Source: Eledone cirrhosa | Taxonomy: Eukaryota | Assembly: GCA_964016885.1 (NCBI GenBank) | Contig: OZ024742.1 | Span: 338,086,001 to 338,150,000, forward strand | Length of the DNA: 64,000 bases | Reading direction: 5' to 3' | Shown: in pieces, positions 51,405 to 64,000 of the stretch | Position numbering within the stretch: the stretch's first letter is position 1 | How the letters are laid out: the number at the start of each line of letters is the position of its first letter | Notes under the pieces: model-generated | Told to the model about the DNA's origin: nothing | What the model saw: only the letters and a program-made list of their open reading frames with translations | Databases searched by the model: none | Made by a program: the position numbers and the translations under genes

Positions 51405-54400
51405 AAGCCAACCTTTTGTTTTCCTTTGTTTTTTATGTCCTATCAACTAATCCGACCTCCAAAATGCTTGCAATTGACTATTTTTTTAGCATATTAACAA
51501 CAAATATGATTTCCACTGCAATTAAAAATGACTAGCTTTGTGAATGGTTTTTCCACCCACTTTCTGCCTTCATTTTTCTACACAGCTAATCATTGACAAT
51601 AGGTTTCAAAGTTATATTCATTCATAATATGTGAAAAAAATAGTCAACTGCGAGCATTGGTGTGATGTAAATGGTAGGAGTAGGTGTTCTGTAATAAATT
51701 TACCATATGGTGAAGTATGGTTATGGTGAAGTATATGATGTGGATTGGAGTAGATTAATGTGCTGTGGTGTGCTTTGTTATAAGTGAGGATTTAAATTTC
51801 CACTTTGATTTATGTTAGAAAAAAAATGTTTTCCTTCATTTTTGCATGTCCTATCAACTTTCAAGATGCTCACAGTGGACTATGCTTTTAGCATATTAAC
51901 AAAACATATGACTTCCGCTGCAATAAAAAATGACTAGCTTTGTAAATGATATTTCCACCCACATCCTCCCTCTTTTTTCTACAAAGCTAGTCATTTTCAT
52001 CAGGTTTCCATGTCATAACCATTGATAATATGTGCATAAAATAGTAATTTGCAAGCACCATTTATGTCAAATTGGGTGGTAAGCACACAAAAAAAAAAAA
52101 AAAATGCCAAATGAAAATTTGTCACACCAAAATCAATAGGTTGGTGTGATGTAGAATGGTGTGGTTTGGTGAAGTTTCTACAAAGATAGTCATTTTCGAC
52201 AGGTTTCCATGTCATAATTATTGATAAGTGGAAAAAAAATAGTCAATTGGGAGCACCTTTAATGTCAGATTGGGTGGTAAGCACACAGAAAAAAAAAAGG
52301 AAACGGGAAAAAAATGTTTCACACCAAGATCAATAGCTTGGTGCGACGTAGTATGGTGTAACTTGGTATGGTGTGCTTTGGTTTGGTTTGGAGAAGTTAT
52401 GAAATGGAAACCAATTGTAAACGATAGATTCCCATGTCATATTCATTGATTATGTGTGGGGAAAATAGTCATTTGCAAGCACCTTTGATGTTAGTTTGAG
52501 GTGGTAACCACAAAAAAAAAAAAGCAGGTAGCAAATTTGTCACATTGATGTCCATGCCATGGTGTGATGTAAATGGTAGGAGTAGGTGTTCTGTAATAAA
52601 TTTACCATATAGTGAAGTATGGTTATGGTGAAGTATATGGTGTGGATTGAGGTAGATTAATGTGCTATGGTGTGCTTTGTTATAAGTGAGGATTTAAATT
52701 TTCACTTTGATTTATGTTAGAAAAAAATTTTTTTCCTTCACTTTTGCATGTGCTATCAACTTCCAAGATGCTCGCAGTGGACTATGCTTTTAGCATATTA
52801 ACAAAAAATATGACTTCCGCTGCAATAAAAAATGCCTAGCTTTGTAAATGGTATTTCCACGCACATCCTCCCTCTTTTTTCTACAAAGCTAGTCATTTTC
52901 ATCAGGTTTCCATGTCATAACCATTGATAATATGTGTATAAAATAGTAATTTGCGAGCACCATTTATGTCAAATTTGGTGGTAAGCACAAAAAAAAAAAA
53001 ATAAATGCCAGATGAAAATTTGTCATATCAAAATCAATAGCTTGGTGTGATGTAGTATGGCGTGGTTTGGTGAAGTTTCTACAAAGATAGTCATTTTCGA
53101 CAGGTTTCCATGTCATAATTATTAAGTGGAAAAAAAATAGTCAATTGGGAGCACCTTTAATGTCAGATTGGGTGGTAAGCACACACACAAAAACAAAAAA
53201 GGAAACGGGAAGAAAATTTTTCACACCAAGATCAATAGCTTGGTGTCATGTAGTATGGTGTAACTTGGTATGGTGTGGTGTAGTCTGGTTTGGTGAAGTT
53301 ATGAAATGGAAACCAATTGTAAACGATAGATTCCCATGTCATATTCATTGATAATGTGGGAAAATAGTCATTTGCAAGCACCTTTGATGTTAGTTTGAGT
53401 GGTAACCACAAAAAAAAAAAAAAAAGCAGGTAGCAAATTTGTCACATTGATGTCCATACCATGGTGTGATGTAAATGATAGGAGTAGGTGTTCTGTAATA
53501 AATTTACCATAATATGGTGCTGTTTGATATGGTGTGGTTTGAGGTAGATTAATGTGCTGTGGTGTGCTTTGTTATAAGTAAGGAATTAAATTTGCACTTT
53601 GATTTATGTAAGAAAAAAATTTTTCCTTCACTTTTGCATGTGCTATCAACTAATACAACTTCCAAGATGCTCGCAGTGGACTATGCTTTTAGTATATTAA
53701 CAAAAAATATGACTTCCGCTGCAATAAAAATGACTAGCTTTGTAAATGGTATTTCCAGCCACATCCTCCCTCTTTTTTCTACAAAGCTAGTTATTTTCGA
53801 CAAGTTTCCATGTCATAATCATTGATAATATATGCATAAAATAGTAATTTGCAAGCACCATTTATGTCAAATTGGGTGGTAAGCACAAAAAAAAAAAAAA
53901 AAAATGCCAAATGAAAATTTGTCACACCAAAATCAATAGCTTGGTGTGATGTAGTATGGTATGGTTTGGTGAAGTTTCTACAAAGATAGTCATTTTCGAC
54001 AGGTTTCCATGTCATAATTATTGATATGTGAAAAAGAAAAGTAAATTGGGAGCACCTTTAATGTCAGATTGGGTGGTAAACACACACCCAAAAAAAAGAA
54101 AGGAAACGGGGAAAAAAAATTTTCACGCCAAGATCAATAGCTTGGTGCGATGTAGTATGGTGTAACTTGGTATGGTGTGGTTTGGTTTGGTGAAGTTATG
54201 AAATGGAAACCAATTGTAAATGATAGATTCCCATGTCATATTCATTGATAATGTGTGGGAAAATAGTCATTTGCAAGTTCCTTTGATGTTAGTTTGAGGT
54301 GGTAACTGCAAAAAAAAAAAAAGCAGGTAGCGATTTGTCACATTGATGTCCATGCCATGGTGTGATGTAAATGGTAGGAGTAGGTGTTTTGTAATAAATT

Positions 54401-56520
54401 TACCATATAGTGAAGTATGGTTATGGTGTGGATTGAGGTAGATTAATGTGCTGTGGTGTGCTTTGTTATAAGTGAGGATTTAAATTTCCACTTTGATTTA
54501 TGTTAGAAAAAAAATTTTTTCCTTCACTTTTGCATGTGCTATCAACTTCCAAGATGCTCGCAGTGGACTATGCTTTTAGCATATTAACAAAAAATATGAC
54601 TTCCGCTGCAATAAAAAATGCCTAGCTTTGTAAATGCTATTTCCACTCACATCCTCCCTCTTTTTTCTACAAAGCTAGTCATTTTCGACAGGTTTCCATG
54701 TCATAATTATTGATATGTGAAAAAGAAAAGTAAATTAGGAGCACCTTTAATGTCAGATTGGGTAGTAAGCACACAGAAAAAAAAAAAGTAAACGGGAAAA
54801 AAATGTTTCACACCAAGATCAATAGCTTGGTGTGTTGTAGTATGGTGTAACTTGGTATGGTGTGCTTTGGTTTGGTGAAGTTATGAAATGGAAACCAATT
54901 GTAAACGATAGATTCCCATGTCATATTCATTGATAATGTGTGGGAAAATAGTCATTTGCAAGCACCATTGATGTTAGTTTGAGGTGGTAAGCACAAAAAA
55001 AAAAAAAAAAAGCAGGTAGCAAATTTGTCACATTAATGTCCGTATGATGTAAATGGTAGGAGTAGGTGTTCTGTAATAAATTTACCATATAGTGAAGTAT
55101 GGTTATGGTGTGGTTTGGGGTAGATAAATGTGGTGTGGTGTGCTTTGTTATAAGTAAGGAATTAAATTTCCACTTTGAATTTTTTTCCTTCACTTTTGCA
55201 TGTGCTATCAACTAATACAACTTCCAATATGCTCGCAGTGGACTATGCTTTTAGTATATTAACAAAAAATATGACTTCCGCTGCAATAAAAAATGACTAG
55301 CTTTGTAAATGGTATTTCCAGCCACATCCTCCCTCTTTTTTCTACAAAGCTAGTCATTTTCGACAGTTTTCCATGTCATAATTATTGATAATATGTCCGA
55401 AAAATAGTCATTTGCAGCACCTTTGATGTCAGATTGGGTGGTAAGAACACACACAAAAAAAAAAAAGAAACAGGAAGAAAATTTTTCACACAGATCAAAA
55501 GCATGGTGTGATGTAGAATGGTGTAGTTTGTTATGGTGTGGTTTGGATTGTTGTAGTTATGACATGGGAACCTATTGCAAATGATATGTTATATACATTG
55601 ATAATGTGTAAAAAAATAGTCATTTGTGAGCACCTTTGATATCAGATTGGGTGGTAAGCACACATACACACAGAAAAAAAAAAACAGGAAGAAAAATGTT
55701 CTCACTGAGATTAATAGCATGGTGTGATGTAGTATGGTGTAGTTTGATGTAGTTTAATGTGGTATGGTTTTCCAACCTCCAACATGCTCACAGCCGACTA
55801 TGCTTTTACCATCATCATCATCATTTTACGTCCACTTTTCCATGCTTGCAAGAGTGGGACGGGAACTGATTCTGGCTTGATTTCTACAGCTGGATGCCCT
55901 TCCTAACACCAACCTCATTTACAGTGAGTGCTGGGTGGTTTTTTCCGTGGCACCTACACGACCACTTTGCAGTGGAATGATAGGGACCCTAGTCCCTATC
56001 ATCTCATTTCTACAGCTGAGTAAACTGGAGCAATGTGAAATAAAGTGTCTTGTTCAAGGAATTGGTCTGAGAATTGAACTAAGCCATGTACCTCCATTAT
56101 ATTAACAACAAATATGACTTTCACTGCAATCAAAAATGACAAGCTTTGTGAATGGTATTTCCACCCACTTTCCGCCCTCTTTTTTCTACAAAGCTAGTCA
56201 TTTTCAACAGGTTTCAAAGTCTTCATTGGTAATATGTGCAAAAAATAGTTAATTGCGAACACTTTTAATGGCAGATTGGGTGGTAAGCACACACACAAAA
56301 AAAGACAAAAAAAGCAGGAAGAAAATTTTTCAGACTGAGTTCAATAGCATGGTGTGATGTAGTATGGTGTAGTTTGTTATGGTGTGGTTTGGTTTGGTGT
56401 AGTTTGGTATGGTTTAGTTTGGTGTAGTCATAACATGGAAACCTATCATAAATTTACCAAGGTATGGTATAATCTGGTTTGGTGTAGTGTAGGTTAGTGT
56501 GGTGTGTTATTGTGTTGCAT
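51405..56520 (+). repeat. Complex satellite, ~900-bp unit built from ~200-250-bp subunits
   Basis: CAGGTTTCCATGTCATAACCATTG-type marker at 52001, 52903, 53801; recurring GGGTGGTAAGCAC-poly(A) and TGGTG/TGGTT pentamers. Confidence 0.92.
55810..56095 (-). mobile_element. SINE inserted in the satellite
   Basis: (CAT)n tail, RTE 3' UTR and partly deleted head; satellite resumes afterwards. Confidence 0.85.
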
Positions 56521-56629
56521 CGTATAGCGTGATTCTCTTTAAATTAAAATCATTAAAATGTAATGCCTATCTTCTATATCTTAAAGAGTGACCTTAAATG
56601 TGATTGCAAATGACTTTTTTCTCTGGATT

Positions 56630-57335
56630 AATGTTAGATTTAGGGTTAGTGTTTTACTGTGACTGTTACTGTTAGCATTAATGTCACTTTTAGTGTTAGT
56701 GTAACTGTTACTCTTACAGTTACTGTTTGCGTTAGTGTTACTGTCTGCACCAGCGTTAGCATTTGCATAAGCGTCTATATAAGCTTTTGTGTTAGTGTCT
56801 ATGTAGACTTTGTGTTAGCATCTGCATTAGTGTTTGGATTAGCCTTAGTGTTTGCGTAAGTGTCAGCGTCTGCATTGGTGATAGTGATTGTGTCAGCATT
56901 TCCCTTAGCGTCTGAGTCAACATTAGTGTTAGCATTAGTGTTTGTTTCAGTGCCTGCGTCTACATCAGCTTTTGAGTCATCATTAGCGTCCACGTCAGCA
57001 CTTGTGTCAGTGTCAACATTTCCCTCAGTGTCAGCGTTTCATTAGTGTTTGAGTCAGTGTTAGCATTTGTGTAGGGGTTAGCATTTGCGTCAGCATCTGC
57101 ATCAGCATTCACATTAGCATTAGCGTTTGCGACAGCGTTTCCTTTAACGTCTTTGTCAGCATTTCCTTTAACGTCTTTGTCAGCATTTCCGTTAGCGTCT
57201 GTGTCAGCGTGTACGTTAGCTTCTACGTCAGCATTTCCGTTAGCATCTATGTCAGTGTTTCCGTTAGCTTCTACGTCAGCGTTTACGTTAGCTTCTACGT
57301 CAGCGTTCCGTAACGTCTAGCATTAGCAATTAGCT
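56630..57335 (+). repeat. Cryptic hexamer repeat (GTTAGC/GTCAGC family)
   Basis: 6-bp periodicity with 24-bp higher-order units near 57140-57310. Confidence 0.8.
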
Positions 57336-57485
57336 TCAATAATCCAGTGAAACTACACACCAATTGGTCGAAATACAGTTTGCAAAATGTAGCATTCTGT
57401 AGCCGCTTTTCACTGTATATAAGGCACAAAATTTACCCATCTCATTACAGTTGAAAATTGAAAACTTGACTGTCACCACAGAATA

Positions 57486-57524
57486 TGAACCTGAAGATTG
57501 CGAAAGCATGAAAGTACTTGTTCA
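57486..57524 (+). ncRNA. Minimal type I hammerhead ribozyme motif
   Basis: TGAAC-CTGAAGA-T-TGC(GAAA)GCA-T-GAAAGTACTT-GTTCA; TATATAA about 70 bp upstream. Confidence 0.72.
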
Positions 57525-58272
57525 ATTAACATTTAACACTTAATATTCTACCATACTATTCAGATTACATCTATATATATACACATACATATATATATAC
57601 ATTCATATATATACATACATACACACATATTCATATATACAAATACACATACACGTACATGCATATATATACATGCATATATGTATACATATACAATATG
57701 TATAGGATTCCTTTCCCTTTGAGCACAATTTACAGGGAATAACGCGACTCTATGGCTCCGTTAATTATCTTCATATATATATATACATATATATACATAC
57801 ACACACACATAAATGCATACACACACATATATATATACATACACACACACATATATGCATACACACACATATATATACATACACACAAAGCATATAAATA
57901 AATTTACAGTAGAATAACATAGCAAATATGTTTTAAATATATACATAAATAACATTACCAATGCTTAAATAACATTGTAAATTGCTCGTGATTCTTTCAG
58001 AAGGATATATTCCTTTAATGTTGCAATATTAAAGAAAATATACGTATATATATACATACATATATTTATTCAACTAAGGAAAGTTGGTCGATTGAAAATC
58101 TGCCGACTCTTTCATAAGAGATGACAAACACTCAACAGTTTATGTTAATCCGGAGTTTTATTATAATAATTGTTTCTACTTTGGCACAAGGCCAGCAAAT
58201 ACCTAGTGTATTACTGGTACTTTATTTTATCGACCCCATAAGGATGAAAGGCAAAGTTAACCTCGGCGGGTT

Positions 58273-58538
58273 ATAATAATAAACAAGAAAGACGGTATCA
58301 TTTGCCCATCCCTATTTATTTTATTATGCGTATTTCATTTGTATAACATCTGCCCTACGTGTTCTCATATCAACGGATATCAACGAATATCTCAACGGAT
58401 ATTTACATCTTGCATGGATTTTTGTCGGAAGAAAACACGTAGGGCAGATATTATACAAATGACATATGTCTTCGAAATAAGTATAATAAAATAAATAGGG
58501 ATTAACAAGTGATACCGTCTTTCTTCTTTATTATTATA
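58273..58538. mobile_element. Palindromic MITE
   Basis: AAGAAAGACGGTATCA..ATCTGCCCTACGTGTT / AACACGTAGGGCAGAT..TGATACCGTCTTTCTT. Confidence 0.8.
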
Positions 58539-58561
58539 TATACACACACACACATATATAT

Positions 58562-59423
58562 GGCACTACAACGCTATTAGCTGTCAGTCGTGAAAGCAGG
58601 CGAAGGTGACGTCATTCGTCATCGTTTATTTCCGTATTACTACCACCACGCGTAAGTGGAGTTTTCACGCGTTTTTATTTTTTTTTATTAAACCATATCG
58701 ATGTAATTGGAGTTACTTAAATGAAAATATAGGTGGCCCTTAAAAGGGCCAAATTAGAAAACAAATTTAAGTTAATTAGAAAACAAGTCTTGGTTATCAA
58801 ATAAATTGGATTTAATCATTTATATTTTCATAGTCATGGTTATCAATGTAAAAAACAAGTCATTTTCACCAACAGTGGAGTTAACTTAAATGAAAATATA
58901 GGTGGCCCTTAAAAGGGCCAAATTGTTAATGGAATTAACCATCGCGATCTTTCCATCGCTACCGCTACTACAGCAGATACCATCAATCTCCATGGGGACT
59001 GTCTCTTGTCTCCATGTGGACTGTATCCATGCTTTTGAATAAGGTTGGTGAAAAAAATTTGTTTTATAAACATTTCTTCATAAAGGGTTGGTGAAAAAAA
59101 TTTGATAACCATAAATTTGTTTTCTAATTTGGCCCTTTTAAAGGCCACCTATATTTTCATTTAAATTAACTCCACTGTTGGTGAAAATGACTTGTTTTCT
59201 AATTAACTTAAATTTGTTTTCTAATTTGGCGCTTTTAAGGGCTGCCTATATTTTCATTTAAGTAACTCCACTTACATCGATATGCTTTAATAAAAAAACA
59301 ACAAAAAAACGCGTGACATTTTCATTTAAGTAACTCCACTTACGCGTGGTAGTAATACGGAAATAAACGATGTTTTGCTTTCATCGGCTGCTTTCGACTG
59401 GCAGCTAATAGCGTTGTAGTGCC
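58562..59423. mobile_element. Foldback MITE of the GGCACTACAACGC family with ~350-bp arms (right-arm copy at ~62400-62612)
   Basis: Long inverted arms with repeated GGCCCTTAAAAGGGCC subterminal motif; flanked by (TA)n. Confidence 0.88.
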
Positions 59424-59638
59424 ATATATATATATATATATACATATACATACATAATAATAATAATAATATTTATACTTATATATGATTATAAATATGG
59501 ATGGTAGTACTAAGTACTAGCCAGTTACCGGTAGGAGAAAAGGCTCAATGTAAATTTTCAAATGTATTACAGAGCCGAGATACAAAATATAAAACAATAA
59601 AATCTTATTTTAATACATTTAATTGCTTATAATTTTTT

Positions 59639-59674
<36 letters not shown>

Positions 59675-59866
59675 CAATATATTAATAAATGGAAACTATA
59701 TTTATAAAACCATATTTATTTTATACATATTTCAAGGGCCACCGCTTTCATCAGATAAAATACATATATATACATACACACACATATATATATATATATG
59801 TAGGTATGAAACTTAATTATTCGTGTCATGCGACTCATGTAACGTTTTTAATAATTATTTGATATT

Positions 59867-60015
59867 ACTTACCATTTTCTTATCTTTTGCTTTTACTGTT
59901 TCTTCTTTTCTCTTGGGTTTGTTGACGCTTGCGCTATTCCCTGGAGAAAAATGGCGCCAAACTTTTCCTTTTGAAAGAATAATGTGATTTGTCACGTGAT
60001 TGTGTTCACGTGATG
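59867..60015 (-). promoter_or_regulatory. Candidate promoter and first exon of a minus-strand gene ending ATG|GTAAGT
   Basis: Two TCACGTGA E-boxes (59992, 60006), YY1-type GCCATTTT (~59950), AAAATG|GTAAGT at 59878-59867. Confidence 0.55.
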
Positions 60016-60048
60016 TCATCATAATTCAATACACATCACCAACCAACA

Positions 60049-60108
<60 letters not shown>

Positions 60109-61326
60109 CCCTGTTGTATATCAATACTAGCTGCTTCCTACCTCTTTATCAGATAAATATCATTTTTTTTTTACAAGCTGTTTTTTAGTCTGTTTATAGA
60201 TTCTGCTTGGGGATTACGTTATTGTTGTTGTTTAGCCCTAGGTCAACCTTGACTAAACCACAGAATTCCATTATGATCAACGGTATTCCAGCCACGACCA
60301 TCCCGTCGTTTTAGGACATCGTGTTCTTTCTTAATATTTTTTTTAAGGTGGGTGGAAAGAATTGGCTGTTATTTCTAGCAAACTGAGTGCCCACATAGTA
60401 TGTGTATATGGGGGAGGGGTATGTTAAAGTAAGGGAGTACAAGTGTTTGTGAAATATTTAACCATTTACATTATAAATTCAAATGTGTGGGTAGTTCTTG
60501 GTGATCGAACGAAAGGAACCGATACGAGATCCATTAATTCTGTATAAGCTTATCAGAGGTTTATCGATATACCAACCATTGGTAAATATTCCAAGCACAC
60601 ACATACACAATATATATATATATACATACGTACACAGCATTCTCCTCACAAAGGGCGAGAGTGGCGATCGCAAACATATATACATATACACACAAACACA
60701 TACACACCACATATATATATATACGCAGAAACACACACATACAATAACGACGAGTATTACGATTCCGGAGGAGCGAATGATGGAGACGATGAAGCTCTCT
60801 GCCGCAGAATAAATGGTATTTAATTTTAATAATAATACTAATAATATATATATATATATATATTTCTTAATTGAATTGATTATCATTATCGTTTTTATGG
60901 CAAAAGATAGACAGAGAGGGAAAGAGATAGACAGAGGGAAACATATATATATATATATGATAGAAAGAAGAGAAAAAAACGAGACCCTTAGAAACGAATA
61001 AGAGTCATCAAAGCGATCATATGTATTGCTTTAAACTGTAATGCGAAGGGATACACTAGTATTTGAGGTACCATCATTTGGGATTTTAACCCTCGGACTT
61101 TTCCCTCCCGGTTTTGAAATTTAGGGAAAATTTAGAGGTGACTGGGAATATTACATAATGTAGGGATTTTCTTTTCCTTTTCTATCATTTCTTATTTATG
61201 TATTTATATATTTATTTATCTACTCTCGTGATTGATATTCCGACAAATGTTAGGGGTGTATTTTGGTTTTTTATTATGTCAGGTATAGCATCCAAAAATT
61301 TCTCCCTTCCCCCAATATATATATAT

Positions 61327-62238
61327 AAGGATTTACAGAAACCCAAGAAGCTAGATTTAACATCTTCCTAGCGGGTCCGGGTATGCTTTTTACATTCATT
61401 TAATTTATTGAATTATTGAGATTTTTTATCTGAGTGTCCCGAATCTTCCGGATCGCAAATTTTCGATCGTACGGTTGATTATAGACTTGTTCTGTGTGTG
61501 ACGGTATTTTAACGATAGTTATAGCTCTGATTTATCTAAATTATGGAGCACTCTGCCGCTCATATCGAATTTTGTTTATCGTGAACTCGTGCGCCGATTT
61601 TTCGATACTCGATTATTCTACTATATTTAGCTCTAGACCTAGCTATTGACCAGTTAATTTTATTGTTCATTTTTTGTCGATTCTATTAAATGATGAATAG
61701 CTCCTGTTTATTTTAACATGTCTATTGAGCACTCTTATTCGATATGTGTATTTCCACATTTTCCCGAATATTTTTCGCGGATGTAGAGGTTATCTCCCTT
61801 GCCGAATTCCATGTGCGTATTTAGCTTGGGTTATGCCATTTCATTCGTTTGGACAAAGCTCGTTGAAGAAGTAAATTTTCCTGTCCACTGATATCTAGAA
61901 GTCTTATATATTTTATGTGAGCTGATAGAGAGCAGTTTAAGGATTTACAGAAACCCAAGCAGCTAGATTTACCATCTTTCTAGCGGGTCCGGGTATGCTT
62001 TTTACATTCATTTAATTTATTGAATTATTGAGATTTTTTATCTGAGTGTCCCGAATCTTCCGGATCGCAAATTTTCGATCGTACGGTTGATTATAGACTT
62101 GTTCTGTGTGTGACGGTATTTTAACGATAGTTATAGCTCTGATTTATCTAAATTATGGAGCACTCTGCCGCTCATATCGAATTTTGTTTATCGTGAACTC
62201 GTGCGCCGATTTTTCGATACTCGATTATTCTACTATAT
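61327..62238. mobile_element. 300-bp direct repeats 612 bp apart, possible Penelope-like partial tandem (pseudo-LTR)
   Basis: 61327-61626 and 61939-62238 differ at about three positions; both outer ends abut (TA)n; family assignment is inference. Confidence 0.55.
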
Positions 62239-62250
62239 ATATATATATAT

Positions 62251-62334
62251 ACAAACAGTGTCCCAAAAAATGTATACACACTTCAACAGCAAAGTAATCA
62301 AAGTGTGTATATATTTTGGAGAGGACACCGTGTG
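62251..62334. mobile_element. Tiny Tc1-type hairpin element
   Basis: CAGTGTCCCAAAAAATGTATACACACTT / AAGTGTGTATATATTTTGGAGAGGACACCG within (TA)n. Confidence 0.6.
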
Positions 62335-62760
62335 TATATATATATATATATATGTGTAGGTGTATGTGTAACTAGTAAAACTGTAAAAACGCAGCGGTAT
62401 ATTCTAATTTGGCCCTTTTAAGGGCTACCTATATTTTCATTTAAGTAACTCCACTTACATCTATATGCTTTAATAAAAAAAAAAATAAAAAACGCGTGGA
62501 AAAAAAAAATTTCATTTAAGTAACTCCACTTACGCGTGGTAGTAATACGGAAATAAACGATGTTTTGCTTTCATCGGCTGCTTCGACTGATAGCTAATAG
62601 TGTTGTAGTGCCAATAATAATAATGAGTTATTTATTATTATTTATAATAATAAACCTAAGCCTATTTTACCCCCACCCTACAAACCCACCAATAAGTGTA
62701 TATAAACGGATCTTGGGACATCCGTCATCAGTTTAAATGTGTCTTTGCATATACATGCTC

Positions 62761-62849
62761 GCATATCTGATGAGATGTCAAAAAAGAGTTGGATCCCGTC
62801 ACCTTGATTGTACCCTGAGCTGATCAATATCAAAACAATTGTAATATGC
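62761..62849 (+). ncRNA. Hammerhead motif with extended stem II (G12A, probably inactive)
   Basis: GCATAT-CTGATGA-GATGT..ATATC-AAAAC-AATT-GTA-ATATGC then AATAAA; TATATAAA near 62699. Confidence 0.6.
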
Positions 62850-62895
62850 AAATAAAGTTTGTACATATGTTGCAACACTGACTGACTCTTTTAAA

Positions 62896-62940
<45 letters not shown>

Positions 62941-63807
62941 TGACTGTATGTGTAGGTGAGCTCATGTATGTGTATATGTGTGTGTTGTCGGTACATGTGT
63001 GTGTGTATATATATATATATGTGTGAGTATACGTGTGTGTATGTGTATATCTTGAATACATGAGTGTGAGTCCATGTGCCCATACCCATGTGTATGTATG
63101 TGTATGTGCATATATGTAAAACACCTACATCGCCTCTCACCTTCCCCTCATCTCTGTCGTTCGCCACTCCCACCGATACTCCCCCACTCTCCATATTCGT
63201 GTCCGCATGCGCGCATACACATGCATGTGTGTACATATACATATGGCTGTGTGTGAGCGTATGCCGATGTGTGTGGGCAAGGATGTGCGTATGTGTTTTA
63301 TGTTGTGTGTGTTTATACAACAATATATGTGCACATGTATACATATATGTGTGTACGTATACGTATATACAAGGTATCTGTCAGACGAAGAGCGTCTAAC
63401 TATGTATCTATGTAAGGACCTGAAGCCAACAATATATCCACCACACCACCACTACCATAGACAAAGGCACCACTACCACACCCCCACCCCACGCCAACCC
63501 GTCTACTGACAATCCACTAACCTCATACCACAGCCCATCCCACTAAATAACCTTAACCACCACCATATCATCACATCCACCCCGACATACTCTACACGCC
63601 AAGGCGAACCCACCACCACCACACCACAGCCCACCTCATCCACAGACCGTCACCAACATCTCACCATCACACCCACCCCCATATACACTACAGGCCAGTA
63701 CATCGCCTTGATCCTGCTCACCAATCAAAACAACTCATTTTGTCAAACTCTTGAAACTCTGACTTTACCACATAGCATGTATTTCATTTTCTTATAGCAT
63801 TTTAAGA

Positions 63808-63894
63808 GGGTCCGTCGAGCTGCCGATTATTGAGTCGGGTAGGATCGATATAGATCGAACCTTGAGCTGATCAGTGGCGAAACGCGCGTCACCT
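63808..63894 (+). ncRNA. Degenerate hammerhead motif with extended stem II
   Basis: GGGT-CCGTCGA-GCTGCCGATTA..TGATCAGTGGC-GAAAC-GCGC-GTC-ACCT then AATAAA. Confidence 0.5.
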
Positions 63895-64000
63895 ATCAAT
63901 AAATGCAATGAAGGAATAATCAATCGTCCTTTTTATCCTTTCTATATTTTACACTCTGTATAGCTCTACACATCATCACAGAAGTGAACCTAAACATCGA

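Noticed and set aside
56630-57045. Telomere, or Asp/Ala/Asn-rich protein
   Set aside because: Only one TTAGGG; the ORFs are short translations of a hexamer repeat

Overview
This is AT-rich, microsatellite-laden animal DNA. It is most likely from an octopus or other coleoid cephalopod, inferred from the [10 protein letters not shown]-type C2H2 array, CORE-like tRNA SINEs with (ATG)n tails and abundant RTE LINEs. The only clear host coding region is a 12-finger C2H2 zinc-finger ORF (27.9-29.0 kb), plus a probable first exon and promoter of a minus-strand gene near 59.9 kb. The left half is dominated by four young copies of one RTE-clade LINE, one near full length with an intact ORF. Its reverse transcriptase carries an inserted C4-H-C3 PHD finger, and three of the copies are bracketed by 0.3-1 kb (TA)-type microsatellites. 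The right half is a transposon graveyard: SINEs sharing the LINE 3' end, Tc1/mariner relics, MITEs, Helentron-like elements, Gypsy-type LTRs with two opposed tRNA-Trp primer sites, an older BovB-like RTE, CR1-like and RLE-type fragments, and a ~900-bp-unit satellite. It also holds at least five hand-folded hammerhead-ribozyme motifs of the Penelope type, one with a compensatory U3-A8 core inside a 143-bp inverted repeat. All calls are by eye; no searches or folding programs were run.
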